In this document: positions 45,178 to 52,117 of the stretch, in pieces
How positions within the stretch are numbered: the stretch's first letter is position 1
Layout: each line of letters begins with the position of its first letter
Sequence record: MW735835.1
DNA length: 64,000 nucleotides
Strand: one strand, 5' to 3'
Made by a program: the position numbers and the translations under genes
The notes under the pieces: generated by a model
Database searches by the model: none
What the model was told of the DNA's origin: nothing
What the model saw: only the letters and a program-made list of their open reading frames with translations

Positions 45178-45651
45178 GTGAAAGAGAAGAAACAAGTCCG
45201 TCTGGTCAACATCAGCAAAGCCCGCGTACAGAAGATCGATCCGAAGCTGCCATTGGTGTCCATCACCGACCGTTACAGCAACGGCGTCTCCATTCCGTAC
45301 AAGGATCAGCGCCCCTTGTTGCAACTGGAGTTCTTCCCGCGCGACCATGCGCCGGAGATCGCAGTCGAGCACTGCATGACCATCGAGCGCGCAGATCAGC
45401 TGATCAAGTTCGTCGAAGAGCAGCGTGAGGCCGGTGCTGAGGTGATCTACATCCACTGCACCGAAGGTCGTGTGCGCTCCTATTCGGTCTGTGCTGCACT
45501 GGAAAGCCTGCCGGGCTTCTACCATGACCACTCCGATGCCTGCATCAAAACGGGTATCCTGGACCGCTACACCTACAACCTCCTGGGTGATCGTTGCGAC
45601 GCTTACGACGAAGCCCGCTCGGCTGGCGCCGAAGAGGAAGCAGCCTCGTAA
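45178..45651 (+). CDS. Protein-tyrosine/dual-specificity phosphatase-like enzyme
   Basis: P-loop IHCTEGRVRS (HCxxGxxRS); TAGGAG RBS + GTG. Confidence 0.8.
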   Translation: MKEKKQVRLVNISKARVQKIDPKLPLVSITDRYSNGVSIPYKDQRPLLQLEFFPRDHAPEIAVEHCMTIERADQLIKFVEEQREAGAEVIYIHCTEGRVRSYSVCAALESLPGFYHDHSDACIKTGILDRYTYNLLGDRCDAYDEARSAGAEEEAAS

Positions 45652-45661
45652 AAAAGTACCA

Positions 45662-45895
45662 CGAGGGGATAGTGTATGCGAAATACGTTGGCACGCCGTG
45701 ATGCCAGCGCCCCTTTCGGATCGCCAGTCACGCGTGATCACATCCTCGGCCTCTCACGGCGGCGCGAGGACTGGTCACCGGCTGGCGATCCCCATACAGG
45801 GGACCTGTAGAGGGCTCTCTAACCCGTTCTCGCCGCCCGTACCCGTCCGTGGCACAATGGCGTGACTACGAGGTCCCCGCCTATCCTCAACCTCG
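45662..45895. ncRNA. Candidate large structured ncRNA of unknown class
   Basis: Intergenic; closing stem 45662-72/45881-95, 10-bp stem 45718-27/45782-91, 8-bp stem 45799-806/45871-78, crossing pairing 45728-33/45860-65. Confidence 0.6.
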
Positions 45896-45909
45896 GTAAG
45901 GATCTACCG

Positions 45910-46701
45910 ATGAAACAAGTCTACCTCGGCGTCAAAATCATCGTGGGCCAGCCCATGACTCGTGGTGCTTACAACGAGTACCGCGGATGGCAAACCCCGG
46001 AGCGTGAAAACGCTGAAGACGAAGGCTATCTGGTGGAATACCCGGACAGCGCGCCGAACCACCCGGACCATGCCGGGTACATCAGCTGGTCACCCAAGTC
46101 GGTCTTCGATAACAGCCACATCGCCCTTGGCGACGTGTCGAACTTCCCGCCCTTCGCCGTCCGTCTGATCGGCGAGCGCAACCAGCTGGCCAGCAACCTG
46201 GGCAAGCTGAAGACCTTCCTGGAAGGTGACGTTACCCACCTCAGTGAGCGTAACCTCGATCTGCTGAACCGTCAGGTACAGGCACAAGAAGTCCTGCTGG
46301 ACATCCTGAACCAGCGCCTGGATTCGGTTGACCTGGGCGTGAGCGTGTCCACTTCGGTTCGCGTCGAGCTGGACCTGGCCAACAACAACGCCAAAGACCT
46401 GATGGGTCTGGCAATTGCTGCTGGTGCTGAAGGTCAAGGCCCCACCGACGTCATCGTGGCACTCGAAGATGCCAAGATCGTCGATGCCGAGGGCAACGAG
46501 ATCGCCGACTCCAGCGTCGAGATCGAGAACCTGGTGCGTGGTTTCTCCGTGAGCGGCAACATCGGCGAGAACCTCTACGGTGTTGCAGTCTGCCGTGAGC
46601 GTTGCGTAGCCAACGTGCACAGCTCCTTCGTTGAAGAAGGCACCAAGCTGTCCCTGCTGGTCAAGATCGGCAGCCACAACCGCGCGCCAGCTTTCGCGTA
46701 A
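45910..46701 (+). CDS. Three-domain phage protein (YxGxK/EGYLVxY/SWSP domain + crAss001_48-like helix pair + unknown C-terminal domain)
   Basis: TAAGGA RBS; YLGVKII..PMTRGAYNEYRGW..DEGYLVEY..YISWSPK; ERNQL..KLKTFL..LLNRQ..LDILNQR. Confidence 0.75.
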   Translation: MKQVYLGVKIIVGQPMTRGAYNEYRGWQTPERENAEDEGYLVEYPDSAPNHPDHAGYISWSPKSVFDNSHIALGDVSNFPPFAVRLIGERNQLASNLGKLKTFLEGDVTHLSERNLDLLNRQVQAQEVLLDILNQRLDSVDLGVSVSTSVRVELDLANNNAKDLMGLAIAAGAEGQGPTDVIVALEDAKIVDAEGNEIADSSVEIENLVRGFSVSGNIGENLYGVAVCRERCVANVHSSFVEEGTKLSLLVKIGSHNRAPAFA

Positions 46702-46761
46702 ATCGTTACGGCCTCCGTAGATAGATATGTGAAACCACTATTCATCTTACGGAGGCTTTCG

Positions 46762-46938
46762 ATGTATCGCGTCCTGTCACTCGAAAAGATTCGCCAGCAA
46801 CAAACCCCCGAGGAACTGGAGAACAATCGCCAGAAGACCTTGGAAGCATGCGCTCGTTTCAAAGAGGCTCAAGAATCCTTGGAGAAGCTCTGTGCAGAAC
46901 GAGGCATCGAAGTGCCCGTGATGATGTGCGCTGCCTGA
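46762..46938 (+). CDS. Small helical protein
   Basis: GGAGG RBS before ATG 46762. Confidence 0.6.
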   Translation: MYRVLSLEKIRQQQTPEELENNRQKTLEACARFKEAQESLEKLCAERGIEVPVMMCAA

Positions 46939-47340
46939 TGTCGGAGGCTCCCTAGACGTGGATGCGTTGCACGGCTTGCGTCCATTCATGTCAGGGGTGG
47001 TTCCCGGGGTACGGGGAGCCTCCACATTCTCAAGCCTGTACTCTGCCTATGGTATGTCGACCGAAGATTTCTTCCCTCGATGTGCTATGGCCCGAGACGA
47101 ACTGCGATTCAGGGGCGGTCCTGGCTTGAGAAAGGCTCCAGCTTCAACTGGAGTCGAGTCCCAACGAATTACGACAGCTCAAGGCGCTGCTGCGCTTGGA
47201 TTGGGAGATCCCGGTCGGCTGTCACCTGTTCGGAAAAGGCCCGGGTTAGCGGGCATCGGGCCAGCGGCAGCCTTTTGGCAGCGCGCGATAATGGCCGGCA
47301 GCCTACGTGGTAGCCATCCGCCGGCGCCCGGGCCTTTTCC
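46938..47340. ncRNA. Tandem structured RNA modules upstream of tRNAs
   Basis: Closing stems 46943-52/47014-23 (10 bp), 47027-36/47123-32 (10 bp), 47232-45/47327-40 (14 bp perfect) plus internal hairpins; no credible CDS. Confidence 0.6.
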
Positions 47341-47350
47341 ACCTAGTTGT

Positions 47351-47426
47351 TCCGCGATAGCTCAGTTGGTAGAGCAGCAGACTGTTAATCTGTTGGTCCC
47401 TGGTTCGAGTCCAGGTCGCGGAGCCA
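47351..47426 (+). tRNA. tRNA-Asn (GTT)
   Basis: TCCGCGA/TCGCGGA acceptor, AGCTCAGTTGGTAGAGC D-arm, CT-GTT-AA loop, GTTCGAGT T-loop, encoded CCA. Confidence 0.97.
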
Positions 47427-47435
47427 GCTTCACCC

Positions 47436-47512
47436 GGCTCCATAGTTCAGTTGGTTAGAATGCTAGCCTGTCACGCTAGAGGTCAGGGGTTCGAGTCCCC
47501 TTGGAGTCGCCA
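47436..47512 (+). tRNA. tRNA-Asp (GTC)
   Basis: GGCTCCA/TGGAGTC acceptor, CTAGC-CT-GTC-AC-GCTAG anticodon arm, GGGGTTCGAGTCCCC T-arm, encoded CCA. Confidence 0.97.
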
Positions 47513-47529
47513 TTTTCACGGATACGATC

Positions 47530-47763
47530 ATGCACGATAGAATCGTTGAACTCGCCAACGCCCATGACGTCACCACCGCTGCTTTCGAAGCGCTCCTGAG
47601 TCAGGAGTTCTTGGCAAGAGTGAGTGTGTTCCATCGTCAGGCGAAGCATGTCACCGAAGTCATCAATCGTTTGCTGGTCGTGGTCCAAGGTGAGGAAACT
47701 CACTACATTGAACTCATGATGATCTTGATTGCTCCTGATCCGAAGTGGGTTCTCGCTCAATGA
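47530..47763 (+). CDS. Small hypothetical protein inside tRNA cluster
   Basis: 77-aa helical ORF; its TGA stop is the first triplet of the tRNA-like element. Confidence 0.55.
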   Translation: MHDRIVELANAHDVTTAAFEALLSQEFLARVSVFHRQAKHVTEVINRLLVVVQGEETHYIELMMILIAPDPKWVLAQ

Positions 47764-47841
47764 GGACGTGGGGCCAGCCGGTACGGCAGTCGCTCTTGAT
47801 GCTTCTAGGAGTGGGTTCAATTCCCACCCGTCCTCAACCCA
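47761..47841 (+). ncRNA. tRNA-like element / degenerate tRNA (anticodon unresolved, TTG or CTT)
   Basis: 8-bp acceptor TGAGGACG/CGTCCTCA, D-arm GCC-AGCCGGTAC-GGC, T-arm GTGGG-TTCAATT-CCCAC; anticodon stem mismatched. Confidence 0.6.
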
Positions 47842-48186
47842 TTCAAAGTTTCTGTTGTGCGGCGGCCGCTGTGCAACGGGATGCCGAGAGATAACTCTAG
47901 AAGGTCCAGAATCCGCCGTGGGAGGCAGACTTCCGACCTCTGGGGGCGATTGCAGTCGTCGTTCTCTTGGTTACAGTGCTAGGGACCATCCCGCCCGATA
48001 CGGTGCAAGGCTGCGACGAATTCCACAAACACGACTCCCTAGAGTGCACGCTAGAGGAGCAGCCGTACCTGAGGTCCATCCAGGTGGCGGTGTTGTAGTG
48101 TCACCCTGATGGACTGCTGTACGTTCTGGACTGGTTCCAGCCGCGGCACGTGACTACGGTAGAATAGCAACCGGTTCCGCCTCTGG

Positions 48187-48227
48187 CTGCCCGCTTGACC
48201 CTCGTTGGCGAGCGGGCAGTTATGCCG
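48187..48227 (+). terminator. Stem-loop closing the RNA cluster, followed by TTATGCCG
   Basis: CTGCCCGCT/AGCGGGCAG 9-bp stem. Confidence 0.65.
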
Positions 48228-48270
48228 TTTCAACTACTTGGAACTGACTATAACAAGGACATCGGCCAAC

Positions 48271-48648
48271 ATGCACTACTTCCTGTTCTACCCAGCTCTC
48301 AACGCCTCATTCAACGACAGCACGGAACTGCTCGCTAAGTTCATGTGCCTGGGGGAGAATATCGTCGTGGCGATGGAGAAGGGTATTGAGAAGACTAAGC
48401 GAGTGGAGGAGGACGAACTCGAAGCACCACTGCTGCACCTTGTGACTGGCTTCAATGTCCGGCGCATTGAGCAGAAGTTCAACGCCATTGTAGAGAAAGT
48501 GATTGCTCGTTTCGGACAAGGATTGGAGCCCTCTCAGCCGAGCGAGAAAGGTAAACTGTCGATGATCGCCCTCCTGCTTGTACAGGACCGCTGGGACATC
48601 ATCGAGCAAGTAATAGACACTACGCCTTTGGCAATGCTGAGGCCGTAA
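48271..48648 (+). CDS. Hypothetical protein
   Basis: AAGGA upstream of ATG 48271 in ORF 48205..48648. Confidence 0.65.
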   Translation: MHYFLFYPALNASFNDSTELLAKFMCLGENIVVAMEKGIEKTKRVEEDELEAPLLHLVTGFNVRRIEQKFNAIVEKVIARFGQGLEPSQPSEKGKLSMIALLLVQDRWDIIEQVIDTTPLAMLRP

Positions 48649-48705
48649 CCATTTCATGAGGGGCGGCTGTCCGCCCTTTATGCCGTCACCCAAGGAGACT
48701 CATCT

Positions 48706-49143
48706 ATGCTGTCCAATCGTGAACTGTCCAAAGCCGTGCGTTGTGAAGTGCTCGGTAAAGTCAACCGCCGCATCAACTCGCTGTGTCGCATCCACAAACC
48801 GCTGCTGTCCAAGTTGGGACGTTGCTATTACGTCGTCTCGCTGAGTAACATCAAGCGGATCAAGATCCGCGTCATGTCGGCAGAGGCGCCGCTCGACCCG
48901 ACCAAACGCTGCCTGCTGGTGAACAGAGACCTCTACTCCCAGAATGCCTACTACGGTTGGGTCAAATACGACGACGGCAAGTGCCGGTTCGAGCGTCAGA
49001 AGAAAGTCAAAGAAGGGGTGACCTACGCCGATGGTCAGATCCTCTTCGAGATGACTTTGACGGGCATGGACGATCACTTCAGTCAAGAAGACGTCCGCCA
49101 GGCGTTCAAATACTACCGGGCGAAGAAGGAGTCGAAGAAATGA
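48706..49143 (+). CDS. Hypothetical basic protein
   Basis: AAGGAG RBS; 145 aa. Confidence 0.75.
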   Translation: MLSNRELSKAVRCEVLGKVNRRINSLCRIHKPLLSKLGRCYYVVSLSNIKRIKIRVMSAEAPLDPTKRCLLVNRDLYSQNAYYGWVKYDDGKCRFERQKKVKEGVTYADGQILFEMTLTGMDDHFSQEDVRQAFKYYRAKKESKK

Positions 49144-49616
49144 AGAGCCCTTTCTTTTACCTAGGCAAGCTCACTGGGTATATCCATGGCTGGTTCACGG
49201 GCTGGATGGAGGGTCGGCGTGTTGCTGCCCTGTGGCGTCAATACGGGGCACTGGAGGCCATCCCCACTCGTCTCCTGCGTAACACCGGTCCATCGGCACC
49301 GATGATGGTGCGGCGCCAACAGGTGAAGATCGCCACGTTCCATCTGCTCAACGCCCTGGACATGACCAATGGCCCGCAGATCCCCAACACAATCGCGATG
49401 GTGGAAGCCTGGCTGAGCTTCAACTCTCAAGGCGAAGACATCATCACCATGGAGAACATCTCACGTTCAAACGGGATCGTCCACTCGCTGATTGACCTCG
49501 CTGTCCGTAAAGACGGTCTGGACAAGACCCAGTTACAAGAAGCCTTCAAGGCCATGAACAAGGTGTGGGTCTGGGAGCAGTACCGTACCAACAGATTCTT
49601 GTCCGTGGGCGATTGA
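49140..49616 (+). CDS. Hypothetical protein
   Basis: AAGGAG upstream; ATGA coupling at 49140. Confidence 0.7.
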   Translation: MKSPFFYLGKLTGYIHGWFTGWMEGRRVAALWRQYGALEAIPTRLLRNTGPSAPMMVRRQQVKIATFHLLNALDMTNGPQIPNTIAMVEAWLSFNSQGEDIITMENISRSNGIVHSLIDLAVRKDGLDKTQLQEAFKAMNKVWVWEQYRTNRFLSVGD

Positions 49617-49678
49617 CATAAACGGGAGGGGTGCACCCCTCCCTTTCTTTTTGTTTTGATTCGAATTATTTTCGACAA

Positions 49679-49693
49679 TACATGATAGCGGTG
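49679..49693 (+). promoter_or_regulatory. Phage promoter motif variant
   Basis: TACATGAT agcgg TG after a terminator. Confidence 0.65.
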
Positions 49694-49720
49694 AATATCC
49701 CCACCAATGTCTAAGGAGAC

Positions 49721-49978
49721 ATGATGAACCGTATCGAAAACGATGTAATGGGTACTCACGTCCTGCTCAACCTGGTCAAAGAGATCATGGACTGTGCCAT
49801 CAACATGAAGGACGAAACCACAGCCGAACGTATCCAGATGGTCCGCATCTGGTTCAACCGCGCCAAGCCGTCCGTTCAGCAGGATGTTGAAATGTTCCTG
49901 CGCCACATCCTGGCTGGGGAAGAAGAACACCAGACTCGTCTGGTTCGTTCTGCTATCGACATCATCATCACGAAATAA
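49721..49978 (+). CDS. Small hypothetical protein
   Basis: AAGGAG RBS; 85 aa. Confidence 0.75.
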   Translation: MMNRIENDVMGTHVLLNLVKEIMDCAINMKDETTAERIQMVRIWFNRAKPSVQQDVEMFLRHILAGEEEHQTRLVRSAIDIIITK

Positions 49979-49987
49979 GGGATCGCC

Positions 49988-50710
49988 ATGCACAACCTGA
50001 ATGAGTTCACTGAAGACCAGTACGGCAACTTCATCATCGAGCACGATGGTGTAGAGGTCAACTACGGTCGTCTGCGCCTGATCGGGACCGAGTCGGGCAT
50101 GATGTTTGTGACCGATCTTCGTAACTACGGCGACATGGTCGAGATCTTCATGGAGGATTCGCTCTCCATGGAGAAATTCGATGGGCGGGCTAACTTCCAC
50201 CTTACCATCGAGATCGGTGAGCGAGGGGAAAGCAACTTTGTACGTTTGTGGCCGGTGCTCAATGAGGATGTCGATCGCCTCTGTCGAGTACTGACCGTGG
50301 AAACAGGTAACATCGTCGAGGTGTCGCACGAAGGCCATGTCTTGGCGGTTTATGACCGCCATGAGCTGAAGGAACAGTCTCACAACCTGGACTACTTCGA
50401 CAGCGAAGTCGCTCCCGATGCCGTCGAGGCCACTTCCTGGCCTCGACTGGAAATGGACTTCGACCTCGCGGCGAAGATCCTCAGTGAGTCCATCCGCGAC
50501 GAACTGCGTGATCATGCATTCGGCGATAAGGAAATCTACTGGCGAGATCAACACGGCCACCAAGTTGCCACGGGTTACTACGGTTCCTCTGGCGTCGAAG
50601 TGGGGATGTGCGGGTTCGACATCAACTTCTCTGAAGAAGAAGCTCGTCAGCTGGTTGGGCTGGGGACTCTGGGTGAAGTCCAGCGAAACGACTCCCAGGG
50701 GGACGAGTAA
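49988..50710 (+). CDS. Hypothetical acidic protein
   Basis: TAAGGGA RBS; 240 aa. Confidence 0.75.
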   Translation: MHNLNEFTEDQYGNFIIEHDGVEVNYGRLRLIGTESGMMFVTDLRNYGDMVEIFMEDSLSMEKFDGRANFHLTIEIGERGESNFVRLWPVLNEDVDRLCRVLTVETGNIVEVSHEGHVLAVYDRHELKEQSHNLDYFDSEVAPDAVEATSWPRLEMDFDLAAKILSESIRDELRDHAFGDKEIYWRDQHGHQVATGYYGSSGVEVGMCGFDINFSEEEARQLVGLGTLGEVQRNDSQGDE

Positions 50711-50833
50711 GAAATAACCAGGTCTGCTAGATGTATGATAGCAGGCCTGGTCTTGCAATAAATCGTATGAGGGTGTAAACTCTCTGCCACACAAACAAGA
50801 AACCACCACTAACCAGACGCCAAGGAGTGTCTA

Positions 50834-51163
50834 ATGAACGAAGCGCTTGGAAAGCGTGATTTGAAACGGATTCTTTCCGTTCGTTTGGATCAACTGGTGC
50901 ACGTCCCGAAGTTCTTTGACGATACTGGTTTTTCCACCCTGGGCCATTGCCTCCACGTGGAGGTAGATCGTGAAGACGGGTTGATCAAGTACGACCTGTA
51001 CGGTAACGTGGTAGCCCAAGCTCGTATCACCACTGGCGGCGTCGGTGACATTGAAGTCGTCGACAAGAAAGTGTGGGACGAGGATGAGTTGGGATTGGAT
51101 ACCCTGATCGAGTGCACGTGCGATTGCATGGGTATCTCTCCCAGGGAGATGTACAACATCTGA
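50834..51163 (+). CDS. Hypothetical protein
   Basis: AAGGAG RBS; 109 aa. Confidence 0.75.
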   Translation: MNEALGKRDLKRILSVRLDQLVHVPKFFDDTGFSTLGHCLHVEVDREDGLIKYDLYGNVVAQARITTGGVGDIEVVDKKVWDEDELGLDTLIECTCDCMGISPREMYNI

Positions 51164-51227
51164 TCCGAAAAGAGAGGGGCTTCGGCCCCTCTTCTTTTGC
51201 CGTTTGACCATAACCAGGAGAAAGCCA

Positions 51228-51644
51228 ATGCGGAACCTCACCGCCAAGCTGTTGGTCTCAGCCCTCAAGGTACTGCATGCCGAAGAGACGTTCTTAGACA
51301 CGTGCGATTGGGAAACCTTACCCGATTACCGGATCGTCCGCATCACCCATGATGGGGAATGGAACAGCATCATCACCTTCGGCAGTAATAAGAACAAACT
51401 GACTGGCACAGTCAGAGTCAACTACAATGTACTCCGTCGTCATCTGATGGATCTCAGTTACAGCATCATCGAGACGGCTGGTGCTTCTTTCCAGACCTTC
51501 TCCAAAGCGGGTTATCCCGGGTTCTTCTTCAAGATCATGGAAAAGAAGAACCGCAAAGGAGAAACCACATTGCAGCGCCTAGAACGTGAAGCCGCAGAAG
51601 TTCAGGCCAAGCACGAACGCATGATCGCTGACAAGAAGAAATAA
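51228..51644 (+). CDS. Hypothetical protein
   Basis: CAGGAG RBS before ATG 51228. Confidence 0.7.
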   Translation: MRNLTAKLLVSALKVLHAEETFLDTCDWETLPDYRIVRITHDGEWNSIITFGSNKNKLTGTVRVNYNVLRRHLMDLSYSIIETAGASFQTFSKAGYPGFFFKIMEKKNRKGETTLQRLEREAAEVQAKHERMIADKKK

Positions 51645-51693
51645 ACGGATAGGGGACTTCGGTCCCCTCCCCCGTCAAGCCGACGAACGGTAA

Positions 51694-51721
51694 TTGACAC
51701 GTAGCTGGGTTATGCTACAAT
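51694..51721 (+). promoter_or_regulatory. Sigma70-type promoter
   Basis: TTGACA (51694-99), 16-nt spacer, TGn-TACAAT (51713-21). Confidence 0.6.
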
Positions 51722-51747
51722 TCAACTAAGGCCACATGGAGGGCAAC

Positions 51748-52014
51748 ATGAATGCAATAAATAACAAGAAAGGTACGAGAATGAAGAAAGTTGTAAACTG
51801 GTTCACCAATCGCTTGGACAAATGGTTCAAGTTCAAAACTGTCAAGCTGTTCAATTTCGAGGCTGAAGACATGAAGGTAGTAGGCTACGGGCTGATCACT
51901 CTGGCATTCGCAATCGTCATCAACGCGGGTGTCAACGCTTACGCGATACATGAAGGTAAGACTATCCATCAAACCTTTGAAGTCAACATCATCAAGAAGG
52001 AGGAGGCTAAATAA
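51748..52014 (+). CDS. Small AT-rich single-pass membrane protein
   Basis: GGAGGG RBS; hydrophobic VVGYGLITLAFAIVINAGVNAYAI after a Lys-rich N-terminus. Confidence 0.7.
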   Translation: MNAINNKKGTRMKKVVNWFTNRLDKWFKFKTVKLFNFEAEDMKVVGYGLITLAFAIVINAGVNAYAIHEGKTIHQTFEVNIIKKEEAK

Positions 52015-52117
52015 GAGCGGCACGAAAATAAACCCAGGCCAAGACGGCCCGGGCTTTATTTTTTGTTTTGAAGGAATCCTATGCGTTAATTTTTCTTTTG
52101 TCCGCTAGGGATTCATT

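Noticed and set aside
47134-47155. tRNA-Sec or opal suppressor (hairpin loop CTTCAA)
   Set aside because: Loop is 6 nt and there is no flanking D-arm, T-arm or acceptor stem; kept only as part of the structured modules.
47080-47313. 77-aa and 166-aa ORFs over the structured modules
   Set aside because: No RBS, atypical codon use, and G/R/P/A-rich translation; base-pairing explains the sequence better.
47901-48098. Small membrane-protein ORF (LGAIAVVVLLVTVLGTI...)
   Set aside because: The frame opens after a TAG with no ATG/GTG/TTG or RBS before the hydrophobic segment. It could be a relic but cannot be supported as a gene.
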